A program made the translations under genes and the position numbers. Source: a phage. From it: a stretch of DNA of 64,000 bases. Shown here in pieces: positions 18,058 to 27,826 of this stretch. The DNA lies in the sequence record NC_111505.1; one strand, written 5' to 3'. Each line of letters begins with the position of its first letter. Within the stretch, counting starts at the first letter, position 1. Under the pieces are notes generated by a model. That model did not search any database and was not told the origin of the DNA. It saw only the letters and a program-made list of their open reading frames with translations.

Positions 18058-20397
18058 TTACCAAAGATCTGTTGACATAAAGTTAATATCTTTGTTATTC
18101 TCCCACTCAAGTTTTGCATCAAGTATTTTGCTAAACTCACCCTCATCTATTGAAATCGTGATTTTCCCATCGCTGATCTCTAAAGGTAGCATTTCCATAG
18201 TTCTTAATTGAGAAGCAAAACCAGGACCACCCGGCAACGGAAGAGTTCCTCCCGGCAAGGTGTCCAAAGGATCAACAAATCCGTTACCTCCCGATATGAT
18301 ATCTTTGCGAATCATATCACTGATAGTATCCAGTTGCTGATTTCTCTCACTTAGCGGGTTGAAACGGTCATTAAATAACTCCCCGGCACTTAATATTGTA
18401 CCGATAATACCAAGCTTCCCAAGCAGGCCAACTCTACCACCAGGTGTCTTGAGGCCACCTCCCCCTTTTCCTGCCGCACCACCACCAGATCCTTCTGTGG
18501 TAGCTGCACCTGCACCTGCTGCTCCAGCTGCGCCTCTTATAGAACTAAGGAATTTGAAGGTTTTTACAAGCATAGATGCCATGACAAAACCTTTTGTCAG
18601 GGCGTTCACTACCAGCATGATGGCAGCAGCAAACCCTGCCCATTTAGCATAGCTAAAGGTGTCATTAAGCTCTTCAGAATATTCCTTCGTCTTAGCTGTT
18701 ATGAATCCCCATTTAATCCCCCATTCAAGGAAAAACATGCGGATCTTGACTATGGTATTGTTTAGTTCGCCAACTACCCAGTTGAGACCTCTCACAAAAC
18801 CGCTAACAAAATCACCAGAGGCATCCCACACAAATTGCAAAGTCTCACCTGTGCGAATCAGTGTATAATAGAACTCTGTTAATTCATCAGCCCAACGGGT
18901 GAACAGCTTCTGACGAGATAGTTCGATGAAGGTTTTCAGTCTGTTTTCTGCCAGTACGTTAGACTTCTGCATTCTTTCATAACCAGCTGCAGATGCCTCG
19001 TTCATGTACTTAGCTACATACTTCATGATCTTGGCTGTCTTAACCTCACCTTTCTTCATCATGTCCATGAACTGATCCATGGATAGTTCAGAAAGACCAA
19101 AAGCCTCTTTGGTGGCTTTGATAAAAGGTTCGTATGCACCGGGCAATGCTTCAGCAAGTTGTTGCTTCAGTTCTTCGGACATTACCTGTCCTTTACCAAG
19201 CATTTGCTGGATTGCCATAATACCGCGCTGGTATTTTACCTCATCCGCACCATAAGCAGCAGCATACTGTGAGTATGCAGAGAATAGCTCATGCACTTCC
19301 TGATTTGTCATCTGGTTTTTGGCGTTTACCGCCATCTGGGCGTAACCTTGAAGACCAGATTTGAGATCAAAACCAAGACGCATAGCCTCTTGCTGGACAA
19401 ACGCAACCTCACTGTTGGCTTTGTTTGGATCTCCAGTAACAGCAGTAAGAGCAGCACTTGCCCCCTCCATCATGTGACCAGATCTGTTCACAGCAGTAAA
19501 TCCAGAGAAAGCCGTATACGCAGCTGTTGCATTAATAACAGATCTACGTAAGTCTCTCATGGCATCGCCTAGTGTAAGCGTTTGGCTGGTGGCGCTTTTA
19601 AATCCAGACTGCAGAGCTGACAGGTGGGCGTTAAAGGTTGACTTTTTCATCTCTCCGCGAGCAAACCTGGACTCTAACTCTGAGTATCCTGGCAAGCTTC
19701 CACGGAATCCGGCTCCATACTTGGCAGAAAGTCTTATCGCAGAGTTGTAGAGGTGGGTTCTCCTTGCCTCACGATCAGACATAAGCTTATTATCCATACC
19801 AGCTTTACTGTCTCTTCTTAGCTGTCTATGATAACGATTCATAGCGGCTGTCTGAGCTTTCACAAGGTTAGGGTCGGAAGCCACACCACCCATATTAGGG
19901 TTACCTGGGATATACTTGAAAGATTTGGCATTAGCCAAAACTCTTGCCTTTGGTGCCTTATAACCGCCGTAAGACACTGGTGTAGATTTGGCAGCCTTTT
20001 TGGCCTCTTTAGCTTGCTGCTGGTAGAACTTACGCATCCTGGCCATTTCTGGATTTTTAGCGGTAAGATTACCTACAGCCTGTTTACGTCTTGCGTTTTC
20101 CCTACGTTCTATTGCAGCCCTTACTGCAGCCTCTTTCTTGGCTTGTGCTACGCTCTCCCTGTGAAGTTTAGCATTTGCCTGAGATTGCTGTCTGGCAACC
20201 CGCTGCATTGTTTGCTGGGTTTTAACAGCCACTGCCTGCCATCTACTCATTGGGTTGGCTGAGTTAAAATCCTCGCCCAGTTTCCTGAACTCCCTCCCAA
20301 TACTGCGAATTTTCTCTACAGCTTTTTTGTAGGAGGAGTTCTCTATCTCAAAGCCAATCTTGTTGACTGTTGTGGCAACTATTTTGTTTGTAGCCAT
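18058..20397 (-). CDS. tail tape measure protein
   Basis: 779-aa ORF downstream of the tube gene and chaperone-like ORFs; helical N-terminal two-thirds and Gly-rich C-terminal region (AAGAAGAGAATTEGSGGGAAGKGGGG). Confidence 0.6.
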   Translation of the reverse strand: MATNKIVATTVNKIGFEIENSSYKKAVEKIRSIGREFRKLGEDFNSANPMSRWQAVAVKTQQTMQRVARQQSQANAKLHRESVAQAKKEAAVRAAIERRENARRKQAVGNLTAKNPEMARMRKFYQQQAKEAKKAAKSTPVSYGGYKAPKARVLANAKSFKYIPGNPNMGGVASDPNLVKAQTAAMNRYHRQLRRDSKAGMDNKLMSDREARRTHLYNSAIRLSAKYGAGFRGSLPGYSELESRFARGEMKKSTFNAHLSALQSGFKSATSQTLTLGDAMRDLRRSVINATAAYTAFSGFTAVNRSGHMMEGASAALTAVTGDPNKANSEVAFVQQEAMRLGFDLKSGLQGYAQMAVNAKNQMTNQEVHELFSAYSQYAAAYGADEVKYQRGIMAIQQMLGKGQVMSEELKQQLAEALPGAYEPFIKATKEAFGLSELSMDQFMDMMKKGEVKTAKIMKYVAKYMNEASAAGYERMQKSNVLAENRLKTFIELSRQKLFTRWADELTEFYYTLIRTGETLQFVWDASGDFVSGFVRGLNWVVGELNNTIVKIRMFFLEWGIKWGFITAKTKEYSEELNDTFSYAKWAGFAAAIMLVVNALTKGFVMASMLVKTFKFLSSIRGAAGAAGAGAATTEGSGGGAAGKGGGGLKTPGGRVGLLGKLGIIGTILSAGELFNDRFNPLSERNQQLDTISDMIRKDIISGGNGFVDPLDTLPGGTLPLPGGPGFASQLRTMEMLPLEISDGKITISIDEGEFSKILDAKLEWENNKDINFMSTDLW

Positions 20398-20451
20398 GCT
20401 TTCCTCATAATAAAAAGGGCCAGATCCCAGAAAAGGAATCCGGCCCTTAGA

Positions 20452-20700
20452 TTATCCTCTCCTGCGTTTAGCTTTCGCAGCAGCTGCGGCAGCCTTCTGC
20501 TCCCGCTCCATTTCCCTGTTTTGGACGGTATCTAGGAATTCTTCGATATCAAGATACTCACAGAGCTTCAGGAAATACGCCATATCTGCAAGATTTAGCG
20601 ATTCAAAATTTTCCCCTTTGAAATTCTTGAGCACCCTGCACCAAAGAAAGTCGAACCAGTTGAGTGAACTGTTCTTGGCTGCCCACTCACTGGCCCTCAC
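20452..20700 (-). CDS. hypothetical protein (tail assembly chaperone region)
   Basis: 82-aa ORF with a GTG start, in the -1 frame relative to the upstream 157-aa ORF; occupies the usual chaperone position between tube and tape measure. Confidence 0.4.
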   Translation of the reverse strand: MRASEWAAKNSSLNWFDFLWCRVLKNFKGENFESLNLADMAYFLKLCEYLDIEEFLDTVQNREMEREQKAAAAAAKAKRRRG

Positions 20701-20711
20701 AACAACCTTGC

Positions 20712-21185
20712 TTATTCCTGCTCTTCCGGAGTCTGATCCAGATTGTTCACCTGCTGAATCATACCCATCTGCTGTAACATCTCCAGAAGGCTTCCTAAAC
20801 CGTCTTGTGTGAAAAAACAGCCGTAGTTAACCTCCAGAACCTTACCTGCCAGCTTAATCATCTCCAGTAGATGCCCTGCAAACACAACATCAGGGTTAAG
20901 CTTATCCACACCATCCACGGTAATATCTTCGAACAAGATTTTAAATAACTCCTCAATAGAGTTATCATCAAGTTCTTGGAACAGGTAAGCCAGGGCTGTA
21001 GGAAGGACCTCTGCCATATTCTGACCGCCTGATAGAATAGATCCACCGATAGCACCTAGCGGGACAGCCACAATCTTACCGATTTTAGGCATGTTTTTCA
21101 TTGCTTTCATCGGCCCCCAGTGGGTGATCACAAAGTTGTGCCCTGCTAAATCAATCTCTGTTGTAGGTCTAAAGTTTATAGCCAT
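20712..21185 (-). CDS. putative tail assembly chaperone
   Basis: 157-aa acidic ORF between the tube and tape measure genes. Confidence 0.4.
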   Translation of the reverse strand: MAINFRPTTEIDLAGHNFVITHWGPMKAMKNMPKIGKIVAVPLGAIGGSILSGGQNMAEVLPTALAYLFQELDDNSIEELFKILFEDITVDGVDKLNPDVVFAGHLLEMIKLAGKVLEVNYGCFFTQDGLGSLLEMLQQMGMIQQVNNLDQTPEEQE

Positions 21186-21299
21186 TTTATAGCATCCTTA
21201 TTAGTCATGTTGTGCACCATATTTGTGTATTTTACCATGATTATGGTGCATTGTCAATTTAACCTTTCAAGCAATTCAAGAACGTGTGTCAAAACCATA

Positions 21300-21329
21300 A
21301 AAGCAAAAAGCCCCACCCGAAGGTGAGGC
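21300..21329 (-). terminator. rho-independent terminator after tail tube gene
   Basis: Hairpin 21310..21329 (GCCCCACC-CGAA-GGTGAGGC) with a minus-strand U-run (plus A-run 21300..21309), 3' of the gene ending at 21348. Confidence 0.45.
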
Positions 21330-21347
21330 CTATGCTAAAGTGTGCCC

Positions 21348-21821
21348 TTAGATAATACCTGCAAGACCTGCGAGGCCAGTGAGAGCACCAGTGATGTTGT
21401 CACGGTTGAGCCATGCATCCAGAATACCAATATCCCAGTCCAGCTGACCTACTTCGGTTCCGTAAGTCAGGTCAGGCTGTTTCTGGATCCAACCGATTGT
21501 AGAAATACCAGGGCCTTGGCTACCTTCCAGCAGAACCGGGAAGAATACCAGACCAGTAATCGATGCCTGTTTCTGCCAGTCAGAAAGGTAAGCGTTCCAT
21601 ACAGAAGTGTTCTGCAAGGATACAGTCATAACACCGGATTGGTTACGAGACAGTGCCGCAGACATTTCACCATCCACACCAACGTGAGGGTAGATGTTGT
21701 CTTCGTTTCTTGAAACAACGATCTTGGTGTCAGCAGCGAAGCCAGTGACACGCTGCTGCATCAGATACAGTTTGACCTTTTTAGGGTCATACGCATAAGG
21801 AGTTAAAATTTGAGTTTCCAT
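21348..21821 (-). CDS. tail tube protein
   Basis: 157-aa ORF immediately downstream of the sheath-like gene and followed by a terminator, the typical sheath-tube arrangement. Confidence 0.5.
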   Translation of the reverse strand: METQILTPYAYDPKKVKLYLMQQRVTGFAADTKIVVSRNEDNIYPHVGVDGEMSAALSRNQSGVMTVSLQNTSVWNAYLSDWQKQASITGLVFFPVLLEGSQGPGISTIGWIQKQPDLTYGTEVGQLDWDIGILDAWLNRDNITGALTGLAGLAGII

Positions 21822-21831
21822 CTAGTCTTCC

Positions 21832-23208
21832 TTATTCAGTCATTGCAACAGCATTGGTGGATTTAGAACCAACTTTGTCCAGGAGGACGTTGATCCGGAT
21901 ACGAACGAAGTGCAGGGCGTTGTTATACACCAGTTCTACTTTCACACCTTCCAGAACACGAGCAGCCAGCTGATTGGTTGGGATCTCTGCACGTTTAGGA
22001 ACTGTGATGATCGGGTCGTAGAACACATTGTTGTCTTCGTCAAAACCTGTCAGGATCGCGCCATTCTTAATGCCAGTGTTGATCGGGTTGTTCATCAGAA
22101 CAGACTTGATAACCGGAAGATCATCATCAGACATCTTCATGCTTAAACCCATATTGGAGCGGCGATGCATGTACCCGAACATGGATTCTTCAGATCTGAA
22201 CTTGATCCAGTGTGCAAAACGAATAGCGTCTGCATACTGACCTGAAGCACACTTACCTTCCCAGAAAGCGCCAACACCGTTAATCATTCTGTAGAAGTTA
22301 ACGTGGTTTTCCCAAATCGCCATACGCTGAGTTAAAGTCAAAGATGGTGCAATCACACCCGGCATCTGTTTTAAGTGCAAACTGTCACCATAGGACGGAT
22401 CGTTGGATGCCATAGCACCTATGATACCACCCTCCGGGAAGTCCTTATCTGCACGAGGATCGTACATGCCAACACTGTCATATTGTGCAGCCATTAGTTT
22501 GGTGGCGATGTTATTATCTTTACCAGTCACATCTTCTGCAGTAGAGTAGACATGCAGCTTGTAGTTAGCCTGAGCCCACTTAGCACATGCTTCAATGTCG
22601 GTGTGATCTTCATGGCACAGGAAGTACCAATTGTCACGCTCAGCATTGATCTTATCAACTACTGTAGAAGGTTTTTCAGCATTGGCGATATTTTTGATTG
22701 TATAGTTACCAGTATGATAACCAACAGTACAGTCACCCGTGATGGTGAGAACACCGTCTTCAGCCGCTACAGTGATATCGTTCAAGCTATCATCTGCTTC
22801 AATTTTAGTCTTCATTGACTCTGCAATCTGAGTTGCACCTGTTCCACCAGAGATAGGCACTATCAGAGAAGTATTGTAGCTACCTTTTGCAATAGTCATT
22901 ACGACATCAGTATCAGCTGCGGCAGCAATACCTTTAAAATCTACAGTGGTTTTTTCTTTTGCCTGTCTGCCGATCATAACATACTGTGGAGGGAATACAC
23001 CGCCGAAAGCTTTTGCTGCAAACTCATACGCTGCAGAGCCTTGTGCGAAACCGTCTTCCACCATCTGATCCAGCTCAGCATATACGCGAGCTCGCTCAGT
23101 AAAGTTGTTGTGGATAGCGATGAACAGCGGGGTTTCGAAACCTACAGTGTCAATAGGCTGGGTTCCGAGGTTAACTGTAACATCTACCACTTTATCTAAA
23201 TATGGCAT
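21832..23208 (-). CDS. tail sheath protein
   Basis: 458-aa ORF directly upstream of the tube gene; size and context consistent with a contractile sheath. No motif-level confirmation. Confidence 0.55.
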   Translation of the reverse strand: MPYLDKVVDVTVNLGTQPIDTVGFETPLFIAIHNNFTERARVYAELDQMVEDGFAQGSAAYEFAAKAFGGVFPPQYVMIGRQAKEKTTVDFKGIAAAADTDVVMTIAKGSYNTSLIVPISGGTGATQIAESMKTKIEADDSLNDITVAAEDGVLTITGDCTVGYHTGNYTIKNIANAEKPSTVVDKINAERDNWYFLCHEDHTDIEACAKWAQANYKLHVYSTAEDVTGKDNNIATKLMAAQYDSVGMYDPRADKDFPEGGIIGAMASNDPSYGDSLHLKQMPGVIAPSLTLTQRMAIWENHVNFYRMINGVGAFWEGKCASGQYADAIRFAHWIKFRSEESMFGYMHRRSNMGLSMKMSDDDLPVIKSVLMNNPINTGIKNGAILTGFDEDNNVFYDPIITVPKRAEIPTNQLAARVLEGVKVELVYNNALHFVRIRINVLLDKVGSKSTNAVAMTE

Positions 23209-23248
23209 TTGTTTCCTCTTAATATCTGTGCACGGATATCAAACACGC

Positions 23249-23265
23249 AGTGTAATCATTACACT
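23249..23265. promoter_or_regulatory. perfect 17-bp palindrome upstream of sheath gene
   Basis: AGTGTAAT-C-ATTACACT (8-bp arms) about 40 nt upstream of the sheath start codon (23208). Confidence 0.3.
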
Positions 23266-23280
23266 ACACAATTATAACGA

Positions 23281-23832
23281 TTACTGACCACTGTCTGTAA
23301 CCGATTTATCAGAATTGGGTGAAGGGAAGTGCGTGGTTATTTCAGCCTTAATTCCCTGAAGATCCTCAAAAGCCCCAATGTCTGTCTCAACAAACCTTAC
23401 GTTAAATGTCAGCATTACCGTGGCTCTATTTTCATACGTCTGCTTATTCAACGGCACCCTTTGAGGGGAGATTGTTGAATTGTTAGAGTAAGCAAAGCAC
23501 GATCCCAGAGGGAAATACTTGTCATAAAACATTGGAAGATTTATTGCTTGCAATACTCTGCTAAGTGCAGCATGTGCCCTGCCACGATAAGCTGTTAACA
23601 GATAGGTAACAGTGTAACTGTGTGTTACGTAAGCATTACCCTCCGCATCTTGAAACTCATTATCTTCCCAAGTGGTGGGATTGATCGCCAAGGTTTGTAA
23701 AAGTACAAACTCACCTTCCGGCTTCGGTATGGTAGAGCTTTCTGCCAGAACTACAGTTCTTCCTGTGGCAACCTTGACAAGCTTAGCAATGGTTGTTTCA
23801 AGATCAGAAAAAACTTTTTCGAAAGCTTCCAT
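23281..23832 (-). CDS. hypothetical neck/tail-completion protein
   Basis: 183-aa ORF between head and sheath genes. Confidence 0.45.
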   Translation of the reverse strand: MEAFEKVFSDLETTIAKLVKVATGRTVVLAESSTIPKPEGEFVLLQTLAINPTTWEDNEFQDAEGNAYVTHSYTVTYLLTAYRGRAHAALSRVLQAINLPMFYDKYFPLGSCFAYSNNSTISPQRVPLNKQTYENRATVMLTFNVRFVETDIGAFEDLQGIKAEITTHFPSPNSDKSVTDSGQ

Positions 23833-24257
23833 CAGTCTTCTCCTTCAGGCTCTTCTACCACAAAAAATCTATATCTTCCACCACCAGACGTTACATATGC
23901 ATCACATTTTAAAACGGTAAACCATTTCAAGTCACCCCGGATGCCAGGCAGTTGAATTTGATCAGCCATTGCATATGTTCCTTCATCTGGACTATACAAC
24001 TTGGTTGAGGAGTAAACTGTAAAAGCCTCGTACTGTCTGTCACCTTCAGGATTTATTTGAGAGGAGTAATCTTTAGCTGCCCTTCCCGTCAACGGCTGCA
24101 CAACACACTCTAAGACATCAAACTCTTCATACTCAAGTTCTAACCCCTCGTTAGCAAAAGGACCACCAACTGTTTTGTTATACACTCTGTGGCGACCTTT
24201 GAATGTTTTACGAGGTATTAGCCTGTTCTTTCCTATCAGCTTATAACCTGCTGCCAC
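23832..24257 (-). CDS. hypothetical head-tail joining protein
   Basis: 141-aa ORF coupled to the downstream gene (shares its boundary nucleotide). Confidence 0.45.
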   Translation of the reverse strand: MAAGYKLIGKNRLIPRKTFKGRHRVYNKTVGGPFANEGLELEYEEFDVLECVVQPLTGRAAKDYSSQINPEGDRQYEAFTVYSSTKLYSPDEGTYAMADQIQLPGIRGDLKWFTVLKCDAYVTSGGGRYRFFVVEEPEGED

Positions 24258-24266
24258 TCAACCCCC

Positions 24267-24743
24267 TTATTTTTGCTGTCCAATTTTAAAGGTTGCAGAT
24301 TCCAGCAGCACATCGTAATGCCGCATAGCCTCGTTGAAGCCCTTCTCTTGTGCCCACTGCTCACTAACAGTAGGGTTACTAAACTGACCAGCCTCAATAA
24401 CAAACTGGATAGCTTTGGCCCCTGTGTCCCCCATCTGCTTAAGAACAGCCTCTGCACTTGATCCTCTAGCCATAGCTCTCAACAATTTTTCTGTCAAGGT
24501 CTGCAGTTGCGTGCTGTGAAATGCAAAGGCCGTCTCCATGAAATTGCGAACAGGCAGCCCGTTCCAACCGAAGTTGTGAATAGCTGCCAATGTTGCCATA
24601 TTTAAGCCTGACGGGTGAGGTTCATCATAAAAGCCGTAGGTTATTGTTTTGCTTTCGAGTTTCACAAGGTCTTTGTAAAAGCGATCTAAACGCTTTAGGT
24701 TGAACCTGGTTTGACATTTAACCTTTAGCATTATATTCCTCAC
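24267..24743 (-). CDS. hypothetical head-tail connector protein
   Basis: 158-aa ORF in the neck region between capsid and tail genes. Confidence 0.45.
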   Translation of the reverse strand: MRNIMLKVKCQTRFNLKRLDRFYKDLVKLESKTITYGFYDEPHPSGLNMATLAAIHNFGWNGLPVRNFMETAFAFHSTQLQTLTEKLLRAMARGSSAEAVLKQMGDTGAKAIQFVIEAGQFSNPTVSEQWAQEKGFNEAMRHYDVLLESATFKIGQQK

Positions 24744-24784
24744 TAATGTATTTTACCACAAAGATACATCAAAAGCAACAATTT

Positions 24785-25462
24785 TTAAAAACTGCGTTTG
24801 CGTCTTGGGTGACGAGGAGGTTGATTATTTAGACCACTGATAGGTGTAATTCCCTGAACATCGAACGGGCCGTTACTGTTTTCATTAAATTTAACCCGAA
24901 TACCTTCGTCTACACGAACACCACCGATGATAATCATTCTGCTGTAAGCGTCTAGCTCAGAGTCTACATAATCCGGATGTGCCAGCAGCCAATCAAGGAA
25001 ATCTTTCCACTGGGCGTAAGAAGACCCGCCACGAATCTCTATGGTCTCATCACCTATTTTTTCCAGACGAGAAGTTATACTTGCATTACCGCTGGACACT
25101 TCCTGCATCATCAGCCACCGCACAAGCTGCACAAGCACATTGTATTTAAGCAGAGGTAGCTTATCAGGATCTGCCGGATAATTTAGTTTCAGCTTCTCCA
25201 TGTCAAGGAATGTTTTAATTACCTCATCAGGAAGTGTTTCCTCATCAACATTGCCAAGCAATAACCTCATAATATCAATAAGAGGTTGGTCTGGATCAGG
25301 TTCCGGAGGTACAGGATCTTCTTTTGGTGGTTCTTCTGGGGTATCGACTACACCATCCTGGTTAGGCGGGGACGGGATAATCTCTTCATCTTCATACCAT
25401 GCCATTTGAAAATACCTCGTAAAAATAAAGCCCCATTCCTGATTTGGAAGGGGCCTTAACAA
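24785..25462 (-). CDS. hypothetical structural protein
   Basis: 225-aa ORF with a Pro/Glu-rich N-terminal segment (PEEPPKEDPVPPEPDPDQP). Confidence 0.45.
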   Translation of the reverse strand: MLRPLPNQEWGFIFTRYFQMAWYEDEEIIPSPPNQDGVVDTPEEPPKEDPVPPEPDPDQPLIDIMRLLLGNVDEETLPDEVIKTFLDMEKLKLNYPADPDKLPLLKYNVLVQLVRWLMMQEVSSGNASITSRLEKIGDETIEIRGGSSYAQWKDFLDWLLAHPDYVDSELDAYSRMIIIGGVRVDEGIRVKFNENSNGPFDVQGITPISGLNNQPPRHPRRKRSF

Positions 25463-25464
25463 AA

Positions 25465-26280
25465 TTATGCCAGTGCAGCCTCAAAATCTTTCATCATATT
25501 TTGGAAAGTTTTTGCCTTACTTAAGGTAACACCGTACTCTTTAGCAAAGGTTTGGAGTGCATCTTTTGAACCACTTTTGTCATCTTCGTTGTTAAGAGCT
25601 GCGGCCTGTTTAAGGATTTCATCCTTATTCTCAACAGCTGCAGATGCGAAAGAGGCTACAGCCACATCTTGTGGATCTGCTACAGGACCTTCACTGTCAC
25701 CCTCAAGAGGTGGTTCCGGCACTTCAGGTTCAGGCTCTGGAGCCACTGTAGAGGTCAGTCCAAGATTTACAACCTGAGAGCGTTTCTTAGGCCATTCGAT
25801 GGTGAAAGTTTGGGTATCTTCCTCATAAACAATGCTGCATTGCTCATCGTTTATGGTAACTTTTTTAGGCATCCCTGCAAGGTCCCACAGATGTCCTTCT
25901 GCCACGGAAACTTTGAAAGCAGCATCTACCTCTTTAAACACTGACGGAGTGAGTGTAATATTGACATCCCCGCTTTGCAGTGTTAAAGTGCTTTCATCAA
26001 GGTTCTCTGTGAAGAACAGAAGAATAACACCCATACGGATAGTTGAAATACCAGTATCAATTGGCAGGCCTGTATGTTTTGCAATCTTCTCGAAGAAGTC
26101 TACAATAGTTCTGCATGGATAGTGAACACTGCCAATAACAAATTCTGTTGGTGGCAGCAGGGCTGATAAACCAACATTGATTTCTGGGTTATATTGTGCT
26201 AAAAATTGATAGAAACTTAACTGATTGTTGAAAACTCTTAATAGAGGATCATACTCAACTGGATATACGGCTCTCTTCAC
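25465..26280 (-). CDS. hypothetical head-associated protein
   Basis: 271-aa ORF directly downstream of the major capsid gene and its terminator. Confidence 0.45.
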   Translation of the reverse strand: MKRAVYPVEYDPLLRVFNNQLSFYQFLAQYNPEINVGLSALLPPTEFVIGSVHYPCRTIVDFFEKIAKHTGLPIDTGISTIRMGVILLFFTENLDESTLTLQSGDVNITLTPSVFKEVDAAFKVSVAEGHLWDLAGMPKKVTINDEQCSIVYEEDTQTFTIEWPKKRSQVVNLGLTSTVAPEPEPEVPEPPLEGDSEGPVADPQDVAVASFASAAVENKDEILKQAAALNNEDDKSGSKDALQTFAKEYGVTLSKAKTFQNMMKDFEAALA

Positions 26281-26300
26281 GGGACACTCCTGTTAAACCC

Positions 26301-26336
26301 TAATAAATAAAAAGGGGAGGGGAGAACCCCCTCCCC
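26301..26336 (-). terminator. rho-independent terminator after major capsid gene
   Basis: 9-bp G/C stem GGGGAGGGG...CCCCTCCCC (26314..26336) with a minus-strand U-run (plus A-run 26301..26313), 3' of the capsid gene ending at 26361. Confidence 0.5.
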
Positions 26337-26360
26337 ATATGGGATGAATCACCTTAGTGA

Positions 26361-27368
26361 TTATTCACTTTTCAGAGTTGCTTTAACAACCAGCTCTGGA
26401 CGGGTGTTAACTGCCAGCATGGAAGTTTCAGATTCAATCTTCTCTTCACGCAGGTATGCAGAGTGTTTGTACCACATGTACAGTTCCTGTGCTGGAGTGT
26501 TTGCTTCGTTAACATCGTCTGCTGGAGCAAAGTGCAGCTGGAACATCTGATCGATACCCATCGGCAGAATGCGAGCTTCTTTCTTAGGAATATTGCCAGA
26601 GATATCTTCGATAAAGGTGATACCTTTATGTTCAAACACACGGTATACGCTGTCCTGACCGCCAGCACCCAGACGGCGACGCAGAGGTTCCTGAGCAGAG
26701 CCGTAATAGGTATATGCCAGTTCTACCAGCGGGTGATGAGTAACAGCACTGAAGAACTCCGGTGAGCACAGTGCTACGATGCGATAGCCAGCTGCGTTAT
26801 CACCAGCTTGCAGTGCGATGTGCAGACGAGCTTCTTCCAGAACCTCCATAGGATCCTGATCTGCTTTTGCAGGGTCAATCTCAACAGACTTCTGAGACAC
26901 ACCCCACAGAGTGTAGTAGTCATACTGACAGGTGGTGTCACCAGGTGCATAGGATTTACCCAGGATAGCCTGGAACAGCGCTTTCTCACGCAGTGCTTCA
27001 TGAGAAACACGGATACGGCGAACAACGCGGGTTACTACATCCTGAACAGTTTTCGGAGCATCAGGAGTGAAGTAACGACGGAAGTTCTGAACATCTGCGG
27101 CGGTGATGCCTTTGTCCAGAGGGAAGAACGGGATGTTCAGGTTTTTAACCTGAGCGCGTTCATTACCAACGTAGTTACGCTCACCACCACGACGGCGTGC
27201 CGGAATGTCGGTTACAACTTCATCAACACGCTCAATCTGAGCAATTGTTGAGGTGCCGAGACGAGTTTCGAACAGATCCATACCGGTGATCAGGCGAAAT
27301 TGACGCGGAACAAGGTCCAGAGTAGCACCTAAATCAACAATGCCAAATTCATCTTTACGAGTAATCAT
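26361..27368 (-). CDS. major capsid protein (lambda gpE-like size class)
   Basis: 335-aa ORF downstream of portal, scaffold-like and decoration-like genes and followed by a strong terminator. Confidence 0.6.
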   Translation of the reverse strand: MITRKDEFGIVDLGATLDLVPRQFRLITGMDLFETRLGTSTIAQIERVDEVVTDIPARRRGGERNYVGNERAQVKNLNIPFFPLDKGITAADVQNFRRYFTPDAPKTVQDVVTRVVRRIRVSHEALREKALFQAILGKSYAPGDTTCQYDYYTLWGVSQKSVEIDPAKADQDPMEVLEEARLHIALQAGDNAAGYRIVALCSPEFFSAVTHHPLVELAYTYYGSAQEPLRRRLGAGGQDSVYRVFEHKGITFIEDISGNIPKKEARILPMGIDQMFQLHFAPADDVNEANTPAQELYMWYKHSAYLREEKIESETSMLAVNTRPELVVKATLKSE

Positions 27369-27416
27369 TTATTTCTCCAAAGTAAAACTTAAATATTTTC
27401 CCGAACAATTTAGGGC

Positions 27417-27806
27417 TTACTCTTCACCAAGAGTCTGGACGTGAACTTTGTTACCCAGAGCTTCCAGCTTTTCAAGAACAGCCTGCTTAGCTGCTTCACC
27501 GTTAGACCCCAGCAGCTTATCTTTTGCAAAGGTAACACCGTGAACTGCAACAACCAGTTTATATTTCTGACCTGTTTGCAGAGGCTCAGCGAGATGAACT
27601 TTTCCTGCATCTTTTACCAGAGCTCGGTCTACAAGAACACCATAAACATCTGAGCCATCATCGTTAGCGATAGTGCCAGTTTTTGTTACAACAGTACCAG
27701 CATGATGGTGCTCTGTCAGTGTAATTTCCATCTCTTTAAAATTGTAGCCAGCATCGCTAGAATCAACTTTGCCGAGCACGATATCAGAATATTGAGCGGT
27801 AATCAT
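27417..27806 (-). CDS. putative head decoration protein
   Basis: 129-aa ORF immediately upstream of the capsid gene, the position and size of a lambda gpD-type decoration protein. Confidence 0.4.
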   Translation of the reverse strand: MITAQYSDIVLGKVDSSDAGYNFKEMEITLTEHHHAGTVVTKTGTIANDDGSDVYGVLVDRALVKDAGKVHLAEPLQTGQKYKLVVAVHGVTFAKDKLLGSNGEAAKQAVLEKLEALGNKVHVQTLGEE

Positions 27807-27826
27807 TTATTTCCCCCGTTAATGTC

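Noticed and set aside
20415-20447. Terminator after the 82-aa chaperone-region ORF (GGGCC...GGCCC with an 18-nt loop).
   Set aside because: The loop is too long and the stem too short for a confident intrinsic terminator call.
20452-21185. Programmed -1 frameshift joining the two tail-chaperone-region ORFs (as in lambda G/GT).
   Set aside because: The downstream ORF is in the -1 frame and that frame is open across the upstream stop, but no slippery heptamer of X_XXY_YYZ type is present in the overlap; called as two separate genes.
450-27251. Numerous plus-strand ORFs of 60-175 aa inside the minus-strand structural block (for example 544..873, 1782..2309, 3144..3671, 9686..10183, 12421..12924, 19828..20262, 26808..27251).
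   Set aside because: Each lies wholly inside a much longer minus-strand gene with coherent structural-protein features; they have no RBS/start context and low-complexity translations, so they are treated as antisense frame artefacts.
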